In this document: in pieces, positions 27,802-37,285 of the stretch | How the letters are laid out: the number at the start of each line of letters is the position of its first letter | Position numbering within the stretch: the first letter of the stretch is position 1 | Assembly (NCBI GenBank): GCA_963724295.1 | Contig: CAVRUC010000004.1 | Span: 128,001 to 192,000 of the forward strand | Reading direction: 5' to 3' | Length of the DNA: 64,000 nucleotides | Source: an uncultured Chloroflexia bacterium | GTDB taxonomy: Bacteria; Chloroflexota; Chloroflexia; Thermomicrobiales; UBA6265 | Program-made: the position numbers and the translations under genes | Notes under the pieces: generated by a model | The model's input: only the letters and a program-made list of their open reading frames with translations | The model's database searches: none | What the model was told of the DNA's origin: nothing

Positions 27802-29178
27802 CTACTCCTCCTGCCAGCCCTCGTACTTCGCGAGAGCTTGCTCCATTTGCACCGCGGTTTCATGGACCAGCGCCGCCACGTCGACGTTTTCGGCCTGCGC
27901 GATGTCTTGCGCCATCTCGCCGAAGTACTGCTGATACTCGGTGTAGCCAGGCGTCTGGATGCGCGGGACGCCAATCGTCTGCAATCCCTCGTTGAAGAGC
28001 TGCTGCGGGTACTCGTTGTACTCCGGCAGCGTGTTCAGCAACTCGACACGTGCCGGCAGTTGGCGCACGTGTGTCATACCAGATCCTGGACCCTTCAGGG
28101 CCGGCGAAGAACTTGGCCAGTGCCACCGAAACTTCCACGGTTCCTGGTTTGCGGCGAGACGCCGAAGTGCCAGGAACCGGTGTGGCACAGCTGTGCACCG
28201 TCAGCGTAGTACGGGATGCCGGTCACGCCATAGTTGAAATCGCCGTCCGGGTAGAGACGATCGATGGTGCCTACGGCATTGTCCGGGCTGACGTAAAACG
28301 CCGCGCCCTTCGAGAACCAGATGTTGTCGATCGGTTCTTGCGGGGTGACCGCACGTTCACCTTGATGCCAGTCCCGGTAGTCTTCGAACGACGCGATCGC
28401 TTCAGGCGTATCCAGGTATCCCTGGAAGGTGATGCCGTCGGGACCAATCCCCTGATAGGACGGGCTCCCCTTCTCACCGGCCGAGCGGCGCATGATGCCG
28501 TGCTCGTAGTCGCCCTGATAGGTGCCCTGGCCCCAGCGCATTCCCCAGGTGTCGGGCACACCGTCGCCGGTGTTATCGACCGTTGTCTTCTGCCAGGCGT
28601 CCCAGGCCTCGTCCATGGTCCAGCCCTGGACCTGCTGTGGCGGTTCGAGCCCGGCGGCATCGGTCATGTCCTTGTTGTAGAACATGAGCGAGCAGCTCTG
28701 CATGATCGCCGGCGCGTAGAAGGTGCCGTTGAACGACCCTTCCTCGACCGACTGCGGCACCCACTCCGCGAGCTCTTCCTCGGTGTAGTAGTCCGCGAGG
28801 GGGATGATGGCCTCGTTGTATGCGTAGTGCTTGATGTCCGGGCCATCGGCCAGGAAGACGTCGAGCTCGGCGCCCGCCGCCACCGCCGTCTCGATCGTCG
28901 GGAAGAGCTGCTCGAAGGGCACGCTCTGAATCTCGACCGTTGACGTTCGCATACTGCGGATCGCTCGCCTTGAAGGCTTCGATCATCTGCTCGGTGGCGA
29001 TCAACATGTCTTCGTCGTCGATCGTCAGAAACTGGATCGTGACCGCGTCCTGCGCCAGCACCGGCGCAGCCGCCGGCTGCTCGGCAGTGGTGGGCGACGC
29101 CGACGATATTGCCGGTCCGCCATAGGCCGCGAGGAGCAACAGCGCGATGACCAGCATCGTGATGCCGTTTCGCCTCAT
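27802..29178 (-). CDS. Sugar ABC transporter substrate-binding protein with three +1 frameshifts (~28940, ~28139, ~28072)
   Basis: AAAGGAGG RBS and signal peptide; segments in ORFs 28573-29202, 28095-28952, 27860-28198 and 27802-28188 join into one CUT1 SBP (MFYNKDM..AGL, WTMDE). Confidence 0.85.
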
Positions 29179-29217
29179 GGTGAATCTCCTCCTTTGACAC
29201 AACCTTTGTCATATCGC

Positions 29218-29239
29218 GGGCGACCCCGGCGTCGCCCCT
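29218..29239. repeat. REP-like palindrome GGGCGAC..GTCGCCC, related to the copy at 13270
   Basis: Same arms as 13270-13289. Confidence 0.55.
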
Positions 29240-29295
29240 CGTGCCATCGTCTTGCAGCCACCTCTTGCGGCCGGCTTGCCCCCTTTCTACGGACG

Positions 29296-29703
29296 TCATC
29301 CCTCGATGATCTTGACCATTACCCGCCGCTGTCGCGGGCCGTCGAAGTCGAAGAAAAGCAACGACTGGGAGTGACCAAGAACCAGTTCACCATCCTCGAT
29401 CAGCACCGTCTCCGTGTTGCCAATGAGACTGGCCTTGATGTGGGCTGCCGCGTCCGATGGAGTATCGACGATGTGGTGGAAATCCGTACGGGTCGGCACC
29501 AGCCGCCGTACGTCGTCGACGACGTCCTGGACGGTCGCGGGGTCCATGCCGCTGTTGATCGTGACAGCCGCGGTCGTGTGCGGGACGACGACCATGCAGA
29601 TTCCAGTTTGAACGGCACGCTCCCTGACCACGGCCCGGACCTGCTCGGTGATGTCCGTAAGCGAATCACCCAGCCCCGTGGCAATGGTTACTGTCTCATA
29701 CAT
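29296..29703 (-). CDS. yjbQ: YjbQ/UPF0047 family protein
   Basis: DITEQV, PHTTAAVTIN, AAAHIKASLIG, FDFDGPRQR. Confidence 0.9.
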   Translation of the reverse strand: MYETVTIATGLGDSLTDITEQVRAVVRERAVQTGICMVVVPHTTAAVTINSGMDPATVQDVVDDVRRLVPTRTDFHHIVDTPSDAAAHIKASLIGNTETVLIEDGELVLGHSQSLLFFDFDGPRQRRVMVKIIEG

Positions 29704-29980
29704 CCGCTGCCTCCGGGACAGATCCGATCGTGCAGATCGAGGGATTCTCGCACCCCGGCCACCAGAGTGGAATCCCCCCTCCGCGGGTCGACTGGATCGA
29801 ACGACATGCGGCACTGTGCGAGCGCGTGTCGATAGTTGGCGATACGCTGCTCGTTGAGATGCGTATCGTCGTCACCCGTTTGTCCTTTGCTTGCCGGCGA
29901 GCGGTAAACATTTACGACCCGGAAGATGCGGGATCATATCAACGAGCTTTCCGGGTGTCAACGACCGTGCGCCTGAGCGC

Positions 29981-30772
29981 TTACTTCGTGAAATAGTGCC
30001 GTTTCAGCCAGGAGCTGAGCCCATCCAACCCCGGAAAGAGCACGCGCTCCGTGATATTTGCCTGGTCGAGCTTATCGCGCACTTCCCACTTCAAGCTCGC
30101 CGGGATGATGATCCGGCGAAAGTTCGTCGAGCGTTCGAGCAGCCAGGCATCGAGGAGCGCGGTCGGGCTGGACATGAGGGAGAAGAGCGCGAACTGGTTG
30201 ACGATGCGCGCGTCCAACGAGGGTGGCTCCAGGAAGACCACAAATTCGCCCGGGAGGCTATCCAGCTCCTCGAGCGATTTTGCCGCGTCCTCCAGCAGCT
30301 CGGCGGTGAAGACATAGGCGCCCTCCCCGTCCAACAGCGTGGAAAGCTCGTGCGGTAAGAAGGTCTTCGCTTCGTCGACGTCGACGCACCAGATGAGCCC
30401 GTCCTGATTCATCTGCCGCAAGTCCGCCGTCGCAAAGTGCAAGGCGACATACGGCGAATAGGACCAATCGAGCAAACGTGTTGGCAACCCGTAATGCTTT
30501 CCGACCGCTAGCCAGTACCACACCGACTCACTCGGTCTGACGTCGAGGTAAGCGTACTTGCGGAAATTGCGCAGGAGATGTCGTTCCTTACTGCTCGGAT
30601 CTCCGCCCAGCCGCATCAGGCTGGTCTGCATCGGCGCATGGGCGGCATTGTCCAGCCCGCGGAAGACAAAACCCGTCCGGAAGCGACCGATAGTGGTATC
30701 GATGGGAACGCTGAAGAGTCGGTCGTGGAGATCGCTCCAGCTGCGTGCGATCTCGTCGTGATTCGGCATCAC
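29981..30772 (-). CDS. FRG domain protein
   Basis: FVFRG, HYGLPTRLLDWSYSPYVALHFA, RIVNQFALF, LFPGLDG. Confidence 0.92.
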   Translation of the reverse strand: MMPNHDEIARSWSDLHDRLFSVPIDTTIGRFRTGFVFRGLDNAAHAPMQTSLMRLGGDPSSKERHLLRNFRKYAYLDVRPSESVWYWLAVGKHYGLPTRLLDWSYSPYVALHFATADLRQMNQDGLIWCVDVDEAKTFLPHELSTLLDGEGAYVFTAELLEDAAKSLEELDSLPGEFVVFLEPPSLDARIVNQFALFSLMSSPTALLDAWLLERSTNFRRIIIPASLKWEVRDKLDQANITERVLFPGLDGLSSWLKRHYFTK

Positions 30773-30776
30773 CGCG

Positions 30777-31136
30777 TTACTCCGGCGCCTCGAACCACTC
30801 CGGCGGTCCGACGGTGGTCACACTGAGGTGCGTCATCGAGCGACCAGCCGCCGCGCCGTGCCAGTGGCGCTCCATGGGAGCGGCATAGACCACGTCGCCG
30901 GGTCCGACATGGATCTCCTCGTCTGCCGTGCCGACCCGACCCTCGCCGTCAAGGACATACAACACCTGCTCGCCGGGATGGACATGCCAGTGCGTCCGCG
31001 ATCCATCTTCGAAGTGAACGAGGCTCACCGCCATGCCGCCCTGCTGTTGTGTACCCAGAAGTCGCTTCAACTGAGTCTCACCCGTGAACGCGCCGGCCTG
31101 CTCCTGCTTCGCTTCGTCGCCACGCACGACTTTCAT
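30777..31136 (-). CDS. Cupin domain protein
   Basis: RTHWHVHPGEQVLYV..G, PGDVV..HWHGA. Confidence 0.9.
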   Translation of the reverse strand: MKVVRGDEAKQEQAGAFTGETQLKRLLGTQQQGGMAVSLVHFEDGSRTHWHVHPGEQVLYVLDGEGRVGTADEEIHVGPGDVVYAAPMERHWHGAAAGRSMTHLSVTTVGPPEWFEAPE

Positions 31137-31257
31137 CGCTTTCCTTCTCTCCTGATAGCGCCTTCACGCTCGATGGCCGCCGGATGCCGCAACTGTATCG
31201 CCATACGGGCCAGAGCGGGCTTTGGCGCGGCTCGGTCGCTCGTCTGCTAGTTCAAGT

Positions 31258-32106
31258 TCACGCCGCCTCGATCCCGTACGACCGCCAGCTATGTCTCGCG
31301 CGAAATCCGAGCAATGCCTGTGCTTTGGCCGAGCTGAGCAACGAGCCGTAATCCATCAGGTCATCGCGGATGATGGTCGTCGGGTAGTGATCGGCCACCA
31401 GCACCCGCGACGGGATCGGCATGAACGAATCTGTCGCGGCCACGAAGCACGCCACGTGCCCAGGGATCTCCGCCGTCAGGGCCAAGCGCACCGCCTCGGC
31501 GACATCGCGGGTGTCGATGTAGCTCCAGAGATTCGACGCCCCTGCTGCCGGGTCCTTCCACAGGGGCCGCAGCTGCTCGGCGAAGGACCCCGGCGTGTGG
31601 ATCCAGGGGAAGCGCAGACTGACCACGGTGAGGCGGCCACGGCGCGCGAATCCCTCCGCGAGCTCTTCACCGATCCGCTTCGAGAGCGCGTAGGCATCCT
31701 GCGGCAGCAGGGGATGGGCTTCGTCGATTGGCACGTAGTCCGGCGCGAACGGCTGCACGAAGAATGGAAAGCCAAGCACGGAAACGCTCGATGCGTATAC
31801 GACCCGGTTGATGCCAAGTGCCGACGCCGCCTCGAGCACATTGAAGGCGCTCATCACATTCGTGCGGAAGGTCACCTCAGGTACATCGAGCGTCGGACGG
31901 GGGATGGCCGCGAAGTGGACGACGGCGTCCGCGTCGCGCAAGCAGCCATAGACCTGTCCCAGGTCGACAAGGTCCGCGCGCCGAAACGGCGCCGGTCCCC
32001 GCGATGGAACGAGGTCGACGTTCATCACGTCAAATCCGTGCTCCGTTAGATCGTCAACGACTGCCCGCCCCGCCAGTCCGCTGCCACCGGTCACCACGAC
32101 GCGCAT
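31258..32106 (-). CDS. NAD-dependent epimerase/dehydratase (extended SDR)
   Basis: TGGSGLAG, YASS, YALSK. Confidence 0.92.
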   Translation of the reverse strand: MRVVVTGGSGLAGRAVVDDLTEHGFDVMNVDLVPSRGPAPFRRADLVDLGQVYGCLRDADAVVHFAAIPRPTLDVPEVTFRTNVMSAFNVLEAASALGINRVVYASSVSVLGFPFFVQPFAPDYVPIDEAHPLLPQDAYALSKRIGEELAEGFARRGRLTVVSLRFPWIHTPGSFAEQLRPLWKDPAAGASNLWSYIDTRDVAEAVRLALTAEIPGHVACFVAATDSFMPIPSRVLVADHYPTTIIRDDLMDYGSLLSSAKAQALLGFRARHSWRSYGIEAA

Positions 32107-32130
32107 CGATACCGCTCCTGTGCCTCGCGA

Positions 32131-33192
32131 TTAGTTCGGTATGGCCCGGATCATCTCGATCGCCAGCTCGATGTCCGCCCGCGCGTCCGCAAGCGATGTG
32201 CGCGGTTGGCGACCCTCCCGCATACAATCAAAGAAATGCAGCCATTCCCGCCGGAACGCCTCCTGATGTGACACCGGAATCTCCTTTCGCACCGGAGAAC
32301 CCGCCTCATTTTCTCGGACCGTGACCACCGTCGGGGCATACGGCACGTAGGGGTTCGGGAAGGTGATCTCGACCGTCTCGTGCGTGCCGTAAGCAACCAG
32401 ATGCTCGTCCCACCAGAGAGCCTCGGAGCCGATCCCGACCTCGAACACGCAGCGACAGCCCGGACCGTAGTCCAGGACAGAAAGCAGTTGTGTCGGAGAG
32501 ACGGCGTCGCTGTAGCGCACCCCGGATGGTGCTCCGAAGGCGCCGCGCAGGATGGTGAGATCGTGGCTGGCCAGCATCAGGAGCATCTCGAAGAGATCGG
32601 CATGGTGCGCGTGATCCGCGCCCAATGCCTCTCGCAGCGTCGCCTGGATCGCTCGTCGTCGCTCGTCGCGGAGCGCGGGTGAAAGATCGTCGCGGCTGGC
32701 GAGCGTAAAGAGCGTGGCGTGAAGACCGAAGTCGGCGGCGAAATCATGGACACGGATCAGCCGTACGTCGTCCATTGCTTGCATCCTCGCCGCGCCGAGC
32801 TCGTAGCCGGGGTCGTATCGCTTCATGTAGGCGACCATTGCTGTCACGCCGGCCCGCTCGACGGCGTCGATGATGCGGTCGGCTTCGGCCAGCGAGAACC
32901 CGAGCGGCTTCTCGATGAAGAGATGCTTGCCAGCCTCGGCCGCCGCCACGGCGGCCTAGGCATGCTCCATGGTCAGAATTGCGACAGCGTCGACGTCATC
33001 CCGGTTCACCAAATCGGTGAAGTCCGTGAAACGAGCGGGCACCCCGAACCGCTCGCCGACCGTCTCCACCAGCCTCGGCGACGCATCACAGACCGCCGTC
33101 ACCCGAAATTGCGGCAGCTCCGTCAGAAAGGGCAAATGCATGATCTGGGCGATCTGGCCGCACCCACCCACGCCCACCCGCAACGGCTCCAC
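32131..33192 (-). pseudogene. Gfo/Idh/MocA oxidoreductase with in-frame TAG at 32956-32958
   Basis: VGVGGCGQIA..ILTMEHA*AAVAAAEAGKHLFIEKP; both halves in the same frame; GGAG RBS before GTG 33192. Confidence 0.85.
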
Positions 33193-33211
33193 GATTTCTC
33201 CGTTTCCCGAA

Positions 33212-33793
33212 CTAACGGAGCCCGTCGGCGCCGACTGCCTCATCCCGGCGCAGGCCGCCGACCCGGGCAAACGGCCGCCCGCCGCACGAGAGAGCGGCAA
33301 CCACCACGATCTCATCGTCGCGCGGCGCGGCCGGGACCCGCACCTCGATCGCGTCGAAGTGGCTACGCACGAACGCCGCATCCTTGCAATGGAGCGGCAC
33401 GTCGATCGCGTCGCCCGGACCACCCATCTTTTTCGCCGAGGGGATGATCGCGGCCCCGCCACCAACCGCGGCGCGCATCGGCGCTCCGAACTTTGGATGG
33501 AGGAGTGCCGCCGCGTGCTCCAGTTCTCCGGCCAACCCCACGATCGCCGCCTTGCCGAAGCTTTCGGCTGCTTCACCGCCGAGCAGCGCCACGGCGCGTC
33601 GTGTCAACAGATCGCCAAGCTCTTCACCAAACCCGATCAGCAGATCGAGGTCGTCGACGATCTGCCCGGCGAACGGGTTGGCGATCACCGCCGCTACCGC
33701 GACCCGCCGCACGGGCCGCCCGACCGCTCGTCCGCCCTCGCGCACCACCTCCTCAGACACCGCGTAGACCCTACGGATTTCCAGATCGGCCAT
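33212..33793 (-). CDS. Amino acid synthesis family protein (DUF1185/PF06684-like)
   Basis: AAVIANPFAG, FGKAAIVG..GELEH, DVPLH.KDA..VRSHFD, GRPFAR. Confidence 0.85.
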   Translation of the reverse strand: MADLEIRRVYAVSEEVVREGGRAVGRPVRRVAVAAVIANPFAGQIVDDLDLLIGFGEELGDLLTRRAVALLGGEAAESFGKAAIVGLAGELEHAAALLHPKFGAPMRAAVGGGAAIIPSAKKMGGPGDAIDVPLHCKDAAFVRSHFDAIEVRVPAAPRDDEIVVVAALSCGGRPFARVGGLRRDEAVGADGLR

Positions 33794-33811
33794 GGTCTCT
33801 GCGCGCCCCTT

Positions 33812-34996
33812 CTAGTGCCCGCCGGCAGCAAACCCAGGCACGACGACCTGGCGTTGCCCCGGCGGGGTATTGCGGCTGGTTCCCACTTTGACGACCCCGT
33901 CGACGATGACCGCGCTCACCGCCGGGGTATCGCCGGTCGCCAGCGTCTGCAGCGCCGTGCTCGCCGGCGAACCGATCGGGGCGTCGACGATCACCAGATC
34001 GGCCTCGCGGCCCGGGACGACCAGCCCCCGGTTCAGGCGGTGCAGGCGGGCGGTATTCCCGGTCGCCATCGCCACTGCTCGTTCGGGTGCGATCCCACCC
34101 AGCGCGGCCACCCAGGAGATGGTCCGCAGCATCCCCAGGGGGATAACGCCTGTCCCCGATGGCATGTCGGTACCGAGGATCAGCCGCCGTTCGAGTCCCT
34201 GGCGAGCAACCAGCTGCGCCACCTCCTGTGCCGCTACGGTATTGCCGCACTGCACGATTTCCACGAAGGCGTCCGTGTCACGCAGAATCCGGGCGACGTC
34301 GTCGAGCGGTAATCGCGTGGGACCGCCGTTGACGTGGCTGGCGACGTCGGGTCGGATAGCGCAGACCAGATCGGCGCGAATAGCGTTGCTGCCGGGGATC
34401 GAGACGCCTCCCGTGTGCATCGCCACGCGCATGCCTCGTGCTTGAGCCCAACGCACCATCGGGCCCGCCTCCTCCGGCGTGCAGACGGCGGAGAGCCCGA
34501 TCTCTCCCACGAGCTGGACCCCGGCCTCCGCCATTTCATCGAAGTCCGCCTCGGTCAAACCATGCTCGAGGATGACCGCGCCGGCAATGACCTTCACGCC
34601 GGCGGGTCGCGCATTGGCGAAGGCCTTTGCGGCGAGGATCGCCAGCGCCTTGGTTCCCACGCGGTCCTTCGGGCGCCCCGGCACGTGCGGCTCACCAGCC
34701 GAGATCATCGACGTCACTCCGCCATGCAGGCAGCTCTCGATGAAATCGAGGATCCGCTGGCGGGGCGAGAAATCGCCGATCACCGGGTGCACGTGGTTGT
34801 CGATGAGACCAGGAATCAGCGTCGCGCCCGCGGCGTCGATGGTCAATTCGCCGTCGATCGACGACGGCGCTGCCGCCTCATTCCCGACGTAGGCGATCGT
34901 GCCCTTTCTGACGACGACCGTGTCGCCATCGGCCAGCGGCGCGTCGACGTCGCCGGTCACGATCGTGCCGATATTGATCACTCGCAGGTTGGCCAC
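33812..34996 (-). CDS. Enamidase-like metal-dependent amidohydrolase
   Basis: PGLIDNHVH, GDFSPRQ, SAGEPH.PGRP, MHTGG.SIPGS, SHVNGG, GTD.PSGTGV.PLG. Confidence 0.85.
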   Translation of the reverse strand: MANLRVINIGTIVTGDVDAPLADGDTVVVRKGTIAYVGNEAAAPSSIDGELTIDAAGATLIPGLIDNHVHPVIGDFSPRQRILDFIESCLHGGVTSMISAGEPHVPGRPKDRVGTKALAILAAKAFANARPAGVKVIAGAVILEHGLTEADFDEMAEAGVQLVGEIGLSAVCTPEEAGPMVRWAQARGMRVAMHTGGVSIPGSNAIRADLVCAIRPDVASHVNGGPTRLPLDDVARILRDTDAFVEIVQCGNTVAAQEVAQLVARQGLERRLILGTDMPSGTGVIPLGMLRTISWVAALGGIAPERAVAMATGNTARLHRLNRGLVVPGREADLVIVDAPIGSPASTALQTLATGDTPAVSAVIVDGVVKVGTSRNTPPGQRQVVVPGFAAGGH

Positions 34997-35009
34997 ATCC
35001 ACCTCCGAC

Positions 35010-35657
35010 CTACCGCCGGACCGCGGCGCCTTCCCCAACCCCTATGGCCATCAGCTCCTCGCTGGTCACCACATCCCCAAAATGTGTGTCGATGTCGTAG
35101 AGCGTGGACGCCTGCTCGCGCTCACTCGTCGCGCTGACGCAGTCCTCAGGGACGAAGACGTCGTAGCCGAGGAAATAGGCGTCGTGCACCGTCGACCGCA
35201 CGCAGATGTTGGTGACGACGCCCGTCACCACGACCTGCTGGACTCCCCATTCACGCAGCCGCAGGTCCAGGTCGGTGCCAAAGAATCCGCTGTAGCGCCG
35301 CTTCGCGATCCTCAGCTCATCCGGCGCGACGTCCATGGCGTCGACGATTCCCGCGTTCCAGGTGCCGCCAATACAGTGTGGCACGCGTTTCTCGAACTCC
35401 TTGTCCTCCGGGATCGGGTGCTCGTCACAGAGCCAGACGACGCGCATCCCCATCTCCCGGCTTGCGGCCAGCAAGCGATTGATCGGTTCGATGACGCGTC
35501 TTCCTTCGAGCAGCACCATCTCCCCACCGGGTTCCAGAAACTCATTGAGCATGTCGACGACGAGGATGGCCGCGCGTGACGGATCGAACCGCAAGCGCCG
35601 CCCCGTCCTTCGCTCCGAAAACTCACTCGTGACGTTAGACACCGACGCATTGTCCAT
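35010..35657 (-). CDS. Isochorismatase/nicotinamidase-family cysteine hydrolase
   Basis: VVDMLN, KRRYSGF, TNICV catalytic triad. Confidence 0.92.
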   Translation of the reverse strand: MDNASVSNVTSEFSERRTGRRLRFDPSRAAILVVDMLNEFLEPGGEMVLLEGRRVIEPINRLLAASREMGMRVVWLCDEHPIPEDKEFEKRVPHCIGGTWNAGIVDAMDVAPDELRIAKRRYSGFFGTDLDLRLREWGVQQVVVTGVVTNICVRSTVHDAYFLGYDVFVPEDCVSATSEREQASTLYDIDTHFGDVVTSEELMAIGVGEGAAVRR

Positions 35658-35705
35658 GGTGATTGCTCCTCTCTGATCCGGACCGACTTCTTCTCCGGTC
35701 TAAGC

Positions 35706-37058
35706 TCAGCACATCGCATCGAGCACCGTCGCGACATCTGCCACCGTGGTTCGCGGATTGAGGATCACGATCCTGGCCGCCGGCTCACCCCGGACGCGCG
35801 TTGGCATGACGAACGCCGTGCCAGTGGCGAACAAGCGGGCTGACCAGCGGTCGTAGTCGTCCCCGGCCCATCCCTGGCGACGGAACACCAGGACCGACAG
35901 TTCCGGCTCGATGAGCAGCTCGAGATACGGCCGGGCCCTGATCTCTTCCGCCACCTGCCGCGTCACGGCTAGCGTGGTCTCGATTGCCGCCGCGTACGCG
36001 TCGGTCCCGTGGACGGCGAGCGAGAACCAGAAGGGAAGTCCGCGGGCTCGCCGGCTCAGTTGCACCGCGTAATCGGCCGGGTTCCACTCGTTGCGCGCGT
36101 TGAGGGCATCCAGGTAGGCCGCTGATTGGCTGTGCGCGGCCCTTGCCTGTCGCGGATCCCGGTAGAGCAGCGCGCAGGAGTCGTACGGGGCAAAGAGCCA
36201 CTTGTGCGGATCGACGATGAAGCTGTCAGCCAACTCGACCCCGGCAAAGGCCGATCGCATGCGCGGCGCGGCCAGAGCCGCCAGGCCGTAGGCGCCGTCG
36301 ATGTGCAGCCACAGGTCGCGCTCGCGGCAGACCGCCGCTACGCCGGCGAGATCGTCGATCACCCCGAGGTTTGTCGCGCCGGCTGAGGCGACCACGGCGA
36401 AGACTCCATCGTCTGCATTGGCATCGAGCGCGTCCCGCAGATGCGTCCCGGTCAGCCGGTGACCGGCATCGACTGGCACGTCGATGAGATCAACGTCCAG
36501 CACGCGAGCAGCCTGCGCAACCGAGGAATGGGCCTCGGCGGATGTGGCTATTTGCCACCGCGCCGGTCGCACGCCTCTGCGCCGTGCCAGCGCCGTGTGA
36601 CGAGCGGCATGGAGCGCCGAGAGATTGCCCAGCGTCCCGCCCGGTACGAAGGCGCCTCCAGCCTGAGCGGGGAAGCCGGCGAGACCGGCCAGCCAGCGCA
36701 GCGCCTCATTCTCCGCGTAGACCGCACCTGCCGCCTCCAACCAGCTGCCGGCATAGATCCCGGACGCTCCGACCAGCAAATCGAAGAGGACCGAGGCCTC
36801 GGTCGGCGCGTGGGGGATGAACGCGAGGTAGCGCGAATGGTCGGCCGCGACTGTGGCCGGCGCCAGTTCCTCGACCCAGTGCCGGAGGGCCTCTGATCCA
36901 CCGAGCCCAGCCGGCGTAATCGTCGGTCCTACCCGCTCCGCCAGCTCTTCGGCTGTGGCCGTCCCGCCGAGCGGCCAGGGATCTTGCCGCTGGCGCGCCA
37001 GCACGAGCTCGAGCAACTGCCGCGCCAGCAGTTCAGTCTCGTTCGTCAGGCCGTGCAT
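35706..37058 (-). CDS. Group II PLP-dependent amino acid decarboxylase
   Basis: GGTLGN, AHSS, WLHIDGAYG, DPHKWL; AAGGA RBS before ATG 37058. Confidence 0.92.
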   Translation of the reverse strand: MHGLTNETELLARQLLELVLARQRQDPWPLGGTATAEELAERVGPTITPAGLGGSEALRHWVEELAPATVAADHSRYLAFIPHAPTEASVLFDLLVGASGIYAGSWLEAAGAVYAENEALRWLAGLAGFPAQAGGAFVPGGTLGNLSALHAARHTALARRRGVRPARWQIATSAEAHSSVAQAARVLDVDLIDVPVDAGHRLTGTHLRDALDANADDGVFAVVASAGATNLGVIDDLAGVAAVCRERDLWLHIDGAYGLAALAAPRMRSAFAGVELADSFIVDPHKWLFAPYDSCALLYRDPRQARAAHSQSAAYLDALNARNEWNPADYAVQLSRRARGLPFWFSLAVHGTDAYAAAIETTLAVTRQVAEEIRARPYLELLIEPELSVLVFRRQGWAGDDYDRWSARLFATGTAFVMPTRVRGEPAARIVILNPRTTVADVATVLDAMC

Positions 37059-37285
37059 AACTTCCTTTCGCCCTGGTCCGATCCACGAGCAGTCAGCTGC
37101 AAGGGATATCGTCTCAGTCGCTGTCAATCGTGTATAGCCAGGGCTGGGGAATGTTTCACTTTTTCAGGGTTCGACCTGGGAATGAAACGCTCGCTCAACT
37201 GCTCGTTTGCAGGTGCGCCGCCAACTCATCAACGGCGGCGTGGCGGACGCCGTCCGCGTCCGCCGCCGCTGACGCCACTCGCGTC

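Noticed and set aside
25673..29178. Missing ATPase for the sugar ABC importer as an anomaly
   Set aside because: CUT1 systems commonly share an MsiK/MsmX-type ATPase encoded elsewhere
32956..32958. Pyrrolysine or amber recoding
   Set aside because: No pyl genes in the window, and TAG terminates many other genes normally
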